Positions 10,821 through 20,418 are shown, counted from the first letter of the stretch. The stretch: DNA of 64,000 nucleotides from Nitrospirota bacterium (GCA_963703955.1 CAVPGK010000021.1:120065-184064), one strand, 5' to 3'. Translations and numbers: made by a program. Notes: generated from the sequence alone by a model not told the origin.

Positions 10821-11107
10821 AGTGACTCCTTCGCAAAGTAGGCCGCGGCTTTTTTTAAGATGTCCCGCTCCGCCTTCAGTTTCAGAACTTCACGGCGGAG
10901 CCGCGCGAGCTCCTCCTGCTCGGGTTTCATCTGTCCTTGGCCCGGAAAGGCCTGCTGCAGATCGGCTGCATACTCCTGCACCCAGCGCCTCAACACCGTG
11001 CTATGCACGCCCAAATCGCGTGCGGCTTGCGCCACCGTCACTCCGCGTTCCCTAATCAGCTTGACGGCCTCAACTTTGAACTCCCGCGTAAACTTCCGTC
11101 GCTCCAT
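10817..11107 (-). CDS. IS3 transposase OrfA (HTH)
   Basis: RRKFTREFKVEAVKL...ERDILKKAAAYF. A7G slippery site at 10849-10856. Confidence 0.92.
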   Translation of the reverse strand: MERRKFTREFKVEAVKLIRERGVTVAQAARDLGVHSTVLRRWVQEYAADLQQAFPGQGQMKPEQEELARLRREVLKLKAERDILKKAAAYFAKESL

Positions 11108-11588
11108 GGCTCACCTCCGGTTTCATCCATACACCTAACTCGGTGTCTTTGAAACCGGCAGCAGCCCATGCCTACTTATTCGGCAGAACGAGAAGGCACA
11201 GCACGACCTTGATAGGCTCCCTGACAAGATGGCAAGCGCATCAAAAAGCTCCAAGGCTACAAGGAGAATCTTTACCGGCTTCGGACCGGAGACCATCGAG
11301 TTGTCTTCAGGCGATCGGGCCTTCGAATCGATATTGTCCGGATACTGAGTAAGGCAGACTTCCAGCGGGCCTATTGAGAAATCTCGGTCAACGAGCGCGC
11401 AACAGCCGTGAAAAAGTTTTCTTCCAAGAAACGCTCAAAGACCACTGCTACTGACCCATTTGATGTATCAGGTATCAGAAAATCACCTTGGGTGGCCGGC
11501 GCGGAGGTTTAGAGAACATCACCGATACCCTTCCAACCGATACGAGCGCACGAGGGGTGCTGACTAAGAACCAACAAAGAACGCCTGC

Positions 11589-11894
11589 TCAGGCCTTCAG
11601 AATCCGTCTGATCGCCTCTCGATAGACCCCGAGGTCTTCTCGCTTGCCGATTGCCACGACCTCCACGATGACTTCCAATTCCACGATGCGGTAGACGATA
11701 CGGATGGATTTCTTGGCTACATACAGCTTGTAATACCCGGTGAGATTAAGACCCGCTTTTCTCCCCAGGTGCTCTCCGAGGTGGGGAGAGGTTTGCAGTT
11801 TTTTTAGTTGGCGGGCGACCTGCTCTTTAAGAGAGCCATCAAGTTTTCTGAAATCATTCGCGGCATCTGCCGTCAGGACGACCCTATACGGCAA
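11589..11894 (-). CDS. RelE/ParE-family toxin
   Basis: Basic 101-aa protein with YYKLYV..IRIVYRI..VEVVAIGKRE. Overlaps the upstream antitoxin stop. Confidence 0.88.
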   Translation of the reverse strand: MPYRVVLTADAANDFRKLDGSLKEQVARQLKKLQTSPHLGEHLGRKAGLNLTGYYKLYVAKKSIRIVYRIVELEVIVEVVAIGKREDLGVYREAIRRILKA

Positions 11895-12177
11895 TCTCTT
11901 GCTCCTTCAACAGCGCCTCAAGAGTGATGCGCTTTCCAGACCCCTTTCCCTTGCGTTCTTGGACGAGATAGTGGATCTCAATATGTTCCAACAGGGCCAA
12001 GGCTTCGGCCATGGTCTCGTATTCATGAATCGGGACAATGACGGCCTCCAGCTCGTTATTCTTCGAAATCGCGATCCGACGTTTGTGTTGAGTCTTCAAG
12101 TCAGTCAACACCTTTCCAAATGTTCGCGCTACCCGCGATGCGCTGACGATTTCATCTTTTCCGTATGTCACGCCCAT
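11884..12177 (-). CDS. Phd/YefM-like antitoxin
   Basis: IVSASRVARTFGKVL..IAISKNNELEAVIVPIHEYE. AGGAGG RBS. Directly upstream of the RelE-like gene. Confidence 0.82.
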   Translation of the reverse strand: MGVTYGKDEIVSASRVARTFGKVLTDLKTQHKRRIAISKNNELEAVIVPIHEYETMAEALALLEHIEIHYLVQERKGKGSGKRITLEALLKEQEIAV

Positions 12178-12198
12178 GGGCTCCTCCTTGCCTATCTT

Positions 12199-12239
12199 TG
12201 TTACATAACATCATGCGTGTAATAGCACGCATTAGTCAA
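12199..12239 (-). promoter_or_regulatory. Putative TA promoter with operator palindromes
   Basis: TTGACT (-35) on the minus strand. Palindromes ATGCGTG-N6-CACGCAT (12213-12232) and TGTTA-CA-TAACA (12199-12210). Confidence 0.55.
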
Positions 12240-12411
12240 CATAAAGATCCAGTTCCTACGGTGCCGGAAGTGCACAACACCTGAGAAACCACCGTTTGCC
12301 TGTACGGCCTGGGGCACGCTGGACGTCATCCAGTCTCTCTCTTATGCCAACACTCTCATTACCCGACCCACCGGAGAAGAGGCAAAGGGTCAAAGAGCAA
12401 AGGGCAAGGTA

Positions 12412-13601
12412 TCAGGGGATGTCCTGGGCCAGACGGAAGCCGATGCCGTAGTTCCGGAAGTCGGCATTGAACCAGGTCCGGAACGAGGCACGCAGATTCA
12501 CCGGTGTGTCGCCCCAGGAGCCGCCCCGGACCACGCGCTGGCCGCCCTTTTCGTCCCACCAACTGGCACACCATTCCCACACATTGCCGGCCATGTCATA
12601 GCAACCATACGGGCTCAGGCCATCGGATATTGGCTGACAGGCGAGGTGCGCTCAACGCCGGATTCGCCACTATTGCATTTGGTCTTGTCGAACTCGTCAC
12701 CCCATGGGTAGGTGCGGCCGTCCGTGCCTCGTGCCGCCTTTTCCCACTCCTGCTCCGTTGGTAGCCGTTTGCCTGCCCAGTTCGCATAGGCCTCAGCTTC
12801 ATAGTAGCTCACGCCGACCACGGAATGATCGGGTTCATTCCATTTGGCGTCATTCCAATGCTCAGGGCCTTGGATGTTGTTTTCAGTTTTCCATCTCCAC
12901 CCCTCTTGGGACCAGTATGTCTGATTCTGGTAACCGTGCGGCGAGATGAAGGCTCCAAATTCCGCGTTCGTGACGGGGTACCTGCCGTGGCCGATCGTCT
13001 CACGATGTTTGTCCTCCCCATACAGAAACGGTCCCTTCGGCACCTTCACCATGCCTGCTGGGGCTTCGACTGACTGTGGCTCAACACGTGGCCGGGCTCA
13101 TTGAGTACCAGGGGATTGGTTCGGCTCCTGCCCCTGTATCTGTTCCTTCAGGTGCTCGATCAACCGGTCCATATCTCGGTGAAAATCCGGATCGGCTCGG
13201 ATAGCGATGCCGTTGCGATAGGCCAGGTCCTGAATGCTGTTTGGAAGTCGGTCAGCTACTGGAATCGAGGCACCTCTCACGAGTACCGGAATCACAGGGA
13301 TCTCGCGCTTCAGCGCCGACTCGATTTCAATGCGGACGAAATCCCTTGGATCATCCAGCCTGGACTTACCCGTGCCGCCCTTTGTTTTCATCCAGTCCCG
13401 CCCGATCACTGCGAGGAACACATGGCACTTGGCCACCTGCGTATCGAGATAGGTTCGAAAATCGACACCAAGGGGAATGGAATCGACATCCTTAAACACT
13501 GATGCTCGATCAAACTGTTGGATGAGCCGGTCGTAAATGCGCCCGGCAACATCGGCGCTATCGTCACGGCGGAACGAAATCAGGATCTCTTCTAGCGGTA
13601 T
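12412..13601 (-). pseudogene. TIR domain + FGE-sulfatase (SUMF1) domain fusion, decayed
   Basis: GGAGG-N6-ATA (mutated start) at 13601. TIR motif ILISFRRDDS..FKDVDSIPLGVDF..DFVRIEIESAL. In-frame TGA at 13098-13100. FGE motifs [15 protein letters not shown] and, after a 1-nt shift near 12623, YDMAGNVWEW..VVRGGSW..GFRLA. Confidence 0.85.
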
Positions 13602-13770
13602 CGCGGTCCTCCAGCTCGAAATGGTGACAGGCTACGTCTTACGCGCGATCCTGTCAACACGCTCACGCGGAGAAATACCAGTATTTGCGGGCTTGGCGAC
13701 GGGAAGGGTGAGTGATGATGCAGGGAAAGGCAGTGCGGTCCTGTCGTAGCTTCAGAGTCGCATGAAGGCT

Positions 13771-14066
13771 TCAGTCGTAGGTGTGTTCGTCTCGCTTGAG
13801 CAGTTTCAAGAGAATCACTTTCTTTCGCCTGTCATCGATGTCGTAGAGGGGTACGGACCGACGCGCAGGCGATATTCGGCCGTGAACTGTGACGCGACCA
13901 CATGGCCAGTGAGTTTTTTCGTGCGCTTACCTTGGGGACGGGGATTCGAGGCTAAGGATCTGACGGCTTGAACGATCGTGGTTTGGTACTCGGAGGGAAT
14001 CTTCTTGAGAGCCTTCTGAAACGCGCGTTCAACCCGTTCGCTCGGGAAGACGACCTCGTAAGACAA
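13771..14066 (-). pseudogene. RelE-family toxin, frameshifted
   Basis: LASNPRPQG..KKL..YRLRVGPY, then a shifted frame LYDIDDRRKKVILLKLLKRDEHTYD*. Confidence 0.8.
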
Positions 14067-14205
14067 CTACAGACCTATTTTACTCAATACGCGTTCCACC
14101 GGAACCTCTTTCCCGTGCGCGTAATCCGTCCTCGCTCGTTCGATTTCAATGGGCTTCTCTGACATTCACGGGCTTTGCCTTTCGGAGGAATGAAGCGGCA
14201 GTCAT
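14067..14205 (-). pseudogene. Antitoxin remnant with an internal deletion
   Basis: MTAASFLRKAKPVNVREA joined out of frame to EIERARTDYAHGKEVPVERVLSKIGL*. Its stop abuts the toxin start. Confidence 0.6.
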
Positions 14206-14542
14206 CTTGTCTAGTTCCCTAGTGCATTGCACTTGTACACCAATACCAGCTTCTGTGTTGCCTGGCAAGGGTTAGAGGGTCACTCGTCTCCTCACGGTAC
14301 GAAGTCGGGCGACGGGCTCCCTCGCGGCCTGCGCATACGTACAAGCAAGGGGTCGAAAGCACTTTCATGACGCTACTCGCCGCGCCGGCTAGTACTGCCG
14401 CACGCCACGCCGACTGCGAGTCACCACGGGAAGCTCGGCCTCTGCTGAATCGTCGTCTGTGACATCTGCGGTTCAGAAAACCTCCGCCGACGCAGTCTGT
14501 CAGCGTAAGAAGATGGCCGACTACTGCCGGCGCGGGCGCGCA

Positions 14543-15427
14543 TTAGCATGTCATCCGGGCTGTACCTTGGTCGAGCCGGTAGACGCGCGTCGCGGTTAAC
14601 CCAAGCACCTGATCGCGTTCATCAGGTGACCACCGCCCAAATAGACGATTCATTTCATGCCACACTGTGGCGTACCCGCCGCCTAAAATAGAGACCGGCC
14701 AGTCGCTTCCCCACATCAGCCGATCGGCTCCGAACACGGCGAGCGCGTGATCCACATACCGCGAGAGATCATCCGCAGTCCAGACGGGTTGCGCCGCGGT
14801 ATCGAGACCGGATATCTTCGCAAAGACATTTGGGGCGTCGGCGGCGCGGGCGATCAGCGACGCCCAGGGTTCCCATTCATGAGCCGCGATCGGCGGCTTG
14901 GCCAGATGATCGATGATTAACCTGAGCCCTGGGGCTCTCGCCGCAATCTCCGGCACGTGCTCCAGATGACGCGGAAGGATGGCGACCAGGTCGAACGTGA
15001 GACTCCGATCTGCGAGGAGCTTCAGCCCTTCCAGGACGGCATCGCGCACGATCCAATCCGTGTCCGGCTCGACATTGATCAAATGACGAACACCCACAAA
15101 GTGAGGTTCGCGCGCGAGCGCATCGAGCATGCGGTCCGCTTCGTGCGGCCGATCCAGCGGGACCCAGCCGACGGCGCCGGCGATCCAATCGCGGGTCCTT
15201 GCGTGGTTTAGGAGCGCAGCGTTTTCATCGGGTCCGTCAGCCGCCTGAACCAAAACGGTACGATGAACGCCGGCGGCTTGGAGATGCGGCTCCAGATCGG
15301 CCGGCCCAAACGATCGACGGAGCGGCGCGAAGGTTTGATCCTCCGCATACGGCTGCTTCTCCATCCATGAGGTCTGGTACGTGCCGTAGGTCCAAAAGTG
15401 CTGATGCGCGTCGATGATCAGTGTCAT
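14543..15427 (-). CDS. Amidohydrolase-2 family protein (L-fuconolactonase-like)
   Basis: IIDAHQHFW, IIDHLAKP, AKISGL, RLMWGSDWPV. Confidence 0.88.
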   Translation of the reverse strand: MTLIIDAHQHFWTYGTYQTSWMEKQPYAEDQTFAPLRRSFGPADLEPHLQAAGVHRTVLVQAADGPDENAALLNHARTRDWIAGAVGWVPLDRPHEADRMLDALAREPHFVGVRHLINVEPDTDWIVRDAVLEGLKLLADRSLTFDLVAILPRHLEHVPEIAARAPGLRLIIDHLAKPPIAAHEWEPWASLIARAADAPNVFAKISGLDTAAQPVWTADDLSRYVDHALAVFGADRLMWGSDWPVSILGGGYATVWHEMNRLFGRWSPDERDQVLGLTATRVYRLDQGTARMTC

Positions 15428-15451
15428 AGTGCGATCCAACGTGGAGAACCC

Positions 15452-15548
15452 GTGAAGCCGACACTATTATTGCTGCCTGGACTCGGCGCCGATGAGGCGC
15501 TCTTTCGGCACCAGCTCGAAACCCTGAAGGACATCGCCGACACGAGGG
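15452..15548 (+). pseudogene. N-terminal fragment of an alpha/beta hydrolase
   Basis: GGAG RBS then VKPTLLLLPGLGADEALFRHQL. Ends abruptly at the junction with the opposite-strand fragment. Confidence 0.55.
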
Positions 15549-15923
15549 AAGTCTTCCGTTCAACGAGCGTCCCAAACCTGCTCAAATGAGTCGTCAGGAT
15601 GCGCTCGGTCTCATATTGCGGCAAGGCCAGGAATCCATAGGGCGCATCAGGCAGATCCAAGACCATTTCCGCCGTTTGCTTGCTGTTGACGTACACACGC
15701 ATTCCGCGCAGCCACAGACCGGCATTGATCGCGTCGGTGGCGCGATCCCCATGTCCTCCCAGACCTCCAGCGTTCTCGGCTGGATACCGATCGCCTTACA
15801 CTGGTTCGCCAGTTCAGGCAACGGATCGATAATGCGGCAATTCACGCCATGCCGGCGCAGTTCGCAGGCCATCATCAGGCCGACCGGCCCTGCGCCCGCG
15901 ACCAGCACATCCGTCGTTCGCAT
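15548..15923 (-). pseudogene. FAD-dependent monooxygenase N-terminal fragment, frameshifted and truncated
   Basis: DVLVAGAGPVGL, KAIGIQPRTLEVW, then in another frame LALPQYETERIL. Confidence 0.8.
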
Positions 15924-16126
15924 GGCTGCCCCTATCCTTGCCCGTCAGTCTCCTCGCCATGGCCGCCGGGAACCGACACGATCAAAGCTGGTACCGAGGC
16001 CATCGCACCGTGGCAGAGAACGGGAGATTTACATCCTCATCGGGGAGAGTTATAGTCGGCCTCTTACGGAAGCCCGAACTATAGATCAGCGCAGAGTGAA
16101 GCGCAACGCGGTCGTGGGAGAGACCG

Positions 16127-16932
16127 ATGCTGATTCAGGCGGATGTTGCCGAAGCCAAGGCCATTCTCGGAGCCATGCACCGGGTGGCGTCGGGGAACGG
16201 CCGCCAGGCCTTGTCCGACGCCTGCGCCTCCGGCTTGAGATCCGCGGCTCAGTACGTCTTCGCCCTCGGTCACGACATCCGGATTGAGGAGTTACCAGCC
16301 GTCAAACCGGCGGACCTTGCCTCGATATTGATCACACGAGAGCAAAAAGATACCGCGTCTCGGTTTCTAGCTGTCCTGCCGTTGGTGGATGGCCGGCTGG
16401 ATGAAGAGAAGATCGACGTGTTCCTCCAGTATGCGGACGCCCGCTATCGGCCTTAGGGGAATTGGCGCCCGGCACGTTCGGGCGGGCCTCTTGGGAGATC
16501 TACAAGCAGAATGGCTATGCTTTCCCCGGGCAGGAGCAGGGGGTCAATGCGAGATTCAGCACTCCGCATGACTCGACCCATGTGCTCAGCGGCTATGATA
16601 CCTCCCCGCAAGGTGAGATCCTCGTCTCGACGTTCACGGCCGGCAAGCATCCCCAGCAGCCGATGGAGGGGCATATCCTGCCGGTCATCTTTAGTTGGCA
16701 TTTGGGGATCGAGATCAATGCCCTCGCAAAGTCTGCGCGAGGCCAGCTCGACCTCGAGAAGTTCTGGGTCGCATGGGTCCGGGGCAGTCAAATGCAAACG
16801 GATCTCTTCGCCCGGGATTGGGACTTCTGGAACGTGATCGAGGAGCCGGTTGAGGTGGTACGGGAACGATATCGAGTCCCCCGGCTCGATCCAGGTCATG
16901 CCGCCGGTCGGTTATCTCAAGCTCGGAATTGA
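16127..16932 (+). pseudogene. Coq4-like (HDxxH) protein, disrupted
   Basis: Two ORF pieces. LAPGTFGR and PHDSTHVLSGY resemble the Coq4 motifs. Confidence 0.55.
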
Positions 16933-17083
16933 TTGACGCGAAGAACATTAAAAGACATTCCCGCGCCAGGGCTATCGGCTCCAATCGTATTCCACCTATC
17001 AATATCCAATCTCCACAAACGAGTTGTAGATTTGATCGGATTTACTCTTCTTCAATCACTCTTGCTCCCGATAGTTTGGCTAC

Positions 17084-17204
17084 TTGCTGGGGCACACGGA
17101 CTGTCCGCACGACCATGATCTACATGCACGTGTTGAAGCAGGTGGAAGGCGTGCGGAGTCCAGCAGATGCACTGGTCCAAGGGTTAAGCCCTTCACAACC
17201 ATAA
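17084..17204 (+). pseudogene. intI: C-terminal remnant of an integron integrase (tyrosine recombinase)
   Basis: LLGHTD/VRTTMIYMHVLKQVEGVRSPADAL (one extra base) matches the IntI tail LLGHxDVxTTMIYTHVL...GVRSPxD. Confidence 0.8.
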
Positions 17205-17345
17205 CGGAACTATGCCGGTCTGTATAGCACGCCGACGTGGCACCATGGAGAGCGTTGATAAGTGATTGAACACACGCAAGAATCACGCGCCAGTTTTCGG
17301 GCGGTCTGCGCGTACTATGCCGGTCGGTATACTCAATAGTTCGGC
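17205..17345 (+). other. Putative attI region
   Basis: 18-bp direct repeats ACTATGCCGGTC(T/G)GTATA at 17209-17226 and 17314-17331, then the core GTTCGGC at 17339-17345. Confidence 0.6.
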
Positions 17346-17372
17346 CGCCAGAGAGAATACGGCAACGCTACA

Positions 17373-19013
17373 ATGAAGGATACCATCAGCGCAGACAGGC
17401 GACGATTCCGTCTTCTTTTCCTGATTGTGCTTGCGGGAGTGTACGCTTCCGTACTGATGTACTGGATCACAGAGCAAGGGCCCGGGGTCACTGCAGACTC
17501 AGTTATATACATTGAGGCCGCACGAAGCCTGCTTGCAGGAAACGGACTTGTCGTTCAAGACAGGGCCATGACCCATTTCCCCCCAGTCTACCCGCTCCTG
17601 CTCAGTGTGGTTGGTCTCCTGCTCGAGGGTAATATTCTTCTGGCTAGTCGCTTGCTTGCCGCCCTTCTTTTCGGCGTTAATCTTGTTCTTTTTTGCCTTG
17701 CCGTTCAAGTATGCACGAGGCACAGCCTAGCCGCCACGGGCTGTGCAATGTTCGTTTTTCTATTTTCGGCACCAATCATATCAATACATTCGATGGCTAT
17801 GTCGGAAGCGCCCTTCATCACGTTTTCTACGGCGGCTTTCCTCCTGCTTGCCTACCATATCGTCCGTCCTACCCCATACCTGCTCGTTCTCGCATCCCTG
17901 ATGGCCGGCCTTGCGGCTGCAACGCGCTACGTGGGAATCGTTCTCTTTCCAACCATGGCCATTGCGCTTCTTCTACTAGGCAATCGGCCTATCAAGCACA
18001 AACTCCGAGATGTGATAGTATTCGCTGGCATTGCTGTTCTTCCTCTCGCCTCTTGGTTCATCCGCAACGTCGTGATAGCGCAAACCGTAGCAAACAGAGA
18101 GATTACATTCCATCCCTTCAGTCTCAGTCATGCAAAGCAATTGATCATTACTATGTATGATTTCGTCCTAACAACGCGCGCGGGAGCAAAACTCTTTATC
18201 TGCGCCTACGGCCCTTCTGACCCCAACGCGACGACCGTTGCCGATCTCTGTGAGGAGGGATTATCCATCAGTGCTCGGCTGATGACACTCCATTTGGTAG
18301 TAGCTGTCGTTCTTTTTTTTCTAGGTCTTATCCTCCTGCGGAGGACAATGTACATAAAGCGAAATGGAGCATCAGTCGGCATTGTACTTCCGGCACTGTG
18401 TATCTTCTACTCTTTGGCATATGTAGCGTTTCTCATCATCACCATTTCTTTTGTCGATGCACATACACCTGTTGACCATCGACTTCTCTTGCCGACCTTT
18501 CTCGCATTCGCCGTCGCAGGCATTTCACTCGCTTGGTCCGTGTCCGAAGCATTATGTCAGCGGTATGTCTGGTATAGCTTTGTGCTCTTTGTATTGTTCT
18601 CCGTCAGTATTAATTCGGGTAATGCGATCTCAATAGCATCATATCTACATGAGAATGGTAGCGGCTATACTTCTCAGACCTGGAAACATTCAGAAATCCT
18701 ATTCTATCTGTCGGAGGTTCGTGATGGCAGTGAGATTTACTCGAACGGTGCAGATATAATCCGCTTCTTAACAGGAAGGCAAGCGGTTATGATTCCTCAA
18801 AAGATATTTCCACGTACGCGTAGATCGAACGAGAACTATGAGGAGCAAGTGAGTCAGATGGTTCGAGAGTGTAGAGAAGGGAGAGCGCTCTTTGTATACC
18901 TCAATAATGTCACATGGCGGTGGTACTTACCCTCGATTAAGGAAGTGGAATCCATCGCAAAACTTCCGGTCTTGCGCAGAATGCAGGATGGAGTGATCTA
19001 TGGAACGCGCTAA
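17373..19013 (+). CDS. Polytopic membrane glycosyltransferase (GT-C/ArnT/PMT-like), probable integron cassette gene
   Basis: TADSVIY, THFPPVYPLLL, MSEAPF, TRYVG and many TM helices. Visibly AT-richer than its flanks. Confidence 0.8.
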   Translation: MKDTISADRRRFRLLFLIVLAGVYASVLMYWITEQGPGVTADSVIYIEAARSLLAGNGLVVQDRAMTHFPPVYPLLLSVVGLLLEGNILLASRLLAALLFGVNLVLFCLAVQVCTRHSLAATGCAMFVFLFSAPIISIHSMAMSEAPFITFSTAAFLLLAYHIVRPTPYLLVLASLMAGLAAATRYVGIVLFPTMAIALLLLGNRPIKHKLRDVIVFAGIAVLPLASWFIRNVVIAQTVANREITFHPFSLSHAKQLIITMYDFVLTTRAGAKLFICAYGPSDPNATTVADLCEEGLSISARLMTLHLVVAVVLFFLGLILLRRTMYIKRNGASVGIVLPALCIFYSLAYVAFLIITISFVDAHTPVDHRLLLPTFLAFAVAGISLAWSVSEALCQRYVWYSFVLFVLFSVSINSGNAISIASYLHENGSGYTSQTWKHSEILFYLSEVRDGSEIYSNGADIIRFLTGRQAVMIPQKIFPRTRRSNENYEEQVSQMVRECREGRALFVYLNNVTWRWYLPSIKEVESIAKLPVLRRMQDGVIYGTR

Positions 19014-19021
19014 GAACTGAA

Positions 19022-19056
19022 GCCGAACAAGGCGCTGCACCTGACCGCTATTCCGC
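19022..19056 (+). other. Left half of an attC site
   Basis: GCCGAAC (exact complement of GTTCGGC at 17339) followed by AAGGCGCTGCACCTGAC, 8 nt after the stop codon. The complementary right arm is absent. Confidence 0.6.
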
Positions 19057-19183
19057 ATCCAGTAAACACCGGCCCATCGGTCAAGTGTGATTGCCAAAGA
19101 ACGGATTTATCAGCTATGTTCTGGGTCATGTGTTCTCCCGACTGACATACCGGTTCCTGTTGAAGCAAGACGAATAATAAAAT

Positions 19184-19876
19184 ATGACAAAGTTATCTAT
19201 CATCATGCCGGTTTACAATGAACGCAGTACGATTATGGAAATCACCGATAAGGTGATGGCGGTCAATAGTGGCTGTGCCATAGACCTCGTCATTGTAGAT
19301 GATGCATCAACAGATGGAACTCGAGATCTCCTAAAAACTTTTTTGGGTCGAAATGATGTACAGATTGTGTTTCACGATCGAAATAGAGGGAAAGGCGCGG
19401 CAATCAGAACGGCGCTCGAACATGCAACGGGGGACATCATTCTTATCCAGGATGCCGATACGGAATATGATCCTGAGGACTATGAAAGGCTTCTAGAACC
19501 GATCCTCAAAAACAAAGCTGATGTCGTGTATGGAAATCGGTTCCATGGAGAGGCTCACCGTGTGTTGTATTTCTGGCATTACCTCGGCAACCAAGCCCTT
19601 ACGTTTCTGTCCAATATGATAACAAATATCAATCTTCATGATATGGAGGTCGGCTACAAGGCTTTTCGTTCGGAGGTCCTTCGCCGGATTCAGCTGCGAT
19701 CCGACCGGTTTGGTTTTGAGCCTGAAGTGACAGTCAAGGTAGCCAAGCTTGGCTGTCGTGTCTATGAAGTACCGATATCCTACCATGGTCGAACCTATGC
19801 GGAAGGGAAGAAGATAACTTGGCGAGATGGGATTAAAGCCATATGGTGTCTTTTGCGTTATAGGTTCTTTGATTGA
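19184..19876 (+). CDS. GT2 glycosyltransferase (DPM1-like polyprenol-phosphate sugar synthase)
   Basis: LSIIMPVYNE, IVDDASTDGT, NRGKGAA, IQDAD, DMEVGYKAF, FGFEPEVT. Confidence 0.92.
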   Translation: MTKLSIIMPVYNERSTIMEITDKVMAVNSGCAIDLVIVDDASTDGTRDLLKTFLGRNDVQIVFHDRNRGKGAAIRTALEHATGDIILIQDADTEYDPEDYERLLEPILKNKADVVYGNRFHGEAHRVLYFWHYLGNQALTFLSNMITNINLHDMEVGYKAFRSEVLRRIQLRSDRFGFEPEVTVKVAKLGCRVYEVPISYHGRTYAEGKKITWRDGIKAIWCLLRYRFFD

Positions 19877-20066
19877 ATGCGGATCGACTGACGACCATGC
19901 CCAGCCTATCTGAAGCCAACACCGAATGAAGCGCGGGGGATAAGTAATCCTGTCGGGTCGGTGCGGCAATCTCGCCCTGGGCCCCATCAACAGCGTAGAC
20001 CTCCTCAGCGGAAGAAGTCGGAACGAGTCTACTTCGGCAAACGATGTATGAACTCCGCCTCCATCT

Positions 20067-20339
20067 GTGCGCCGCCTTGGCATGAGGCTCGACGTCACTC
20101 AAGAAACGGATTGGCTGCGCGCTGTGGGTTTCGCCGTGAAGACATTCGGCAAGCTCAATATCCTGGTGAACAATGCTGGGCTCACACAGCATGAAGGCGC
20201 TGAGGCGCTGACAGGAGAGGTGTGGGATCACACAATCGCAGTCAATCAGATGGGGGTGTGGCTATATCTGGCATCCGATGAGGCCTCCTCTGCCACGGAC
20301 GCCGAACTCTTCATCGACGGCGGATTTACGGCGCAGTAA
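20067..20339 (+). pseudogene. SDR oxidoreductase remnant with an internal deletion
   Basis: LDVTQETDW, GKLNILVNNAG, joined to YLASDEAS..IDGGFTAQ. No GxxxGxG or YxxxK. Confidence 0.75.
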
Positions 20340-20418
20340 CCAGGAAGGGAGAACCCGATTTACAAGTCGCCGTGTGCCGTCCGGTGAGCCGCATCCGGCC
20401 GGGAGGGCTGTGGGAGAT

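Larger units (their letters stand above)
9925..11168 (-). mobile_element. IS3-family insertion sequence
   Basis: TG...CA ends. 27-bp terminal IRs TGGGCTGCTGCCGGT-N6-GACACC (22/27 identical) at 9925-9951 and 11142-11168. OrfA/OrfB organisation. No target-site duplication visible. Confidence 0.95.

Noticed and set aside
13098..13100. Selenocysteine or programmed readthrough at the TIR-FGE TGA
   Set aside because: The stop lies in a low-complexity linker and the gene has other lesions (ATA start, frameshift), so decay explains it better.
17209..17331. CRISPR array from the 18-bp direct repeats
   Set aside because: There are only two copies, 87 nt apart, with no cas genes. The context fits an integron attI region. 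No CRISPR array, tRNA or rRNA was found anywhere in the window.
19184..19960. GT2 gene as a second integron cassette
   Set aside because: No core site or attC-like palindrome could be identified around it.
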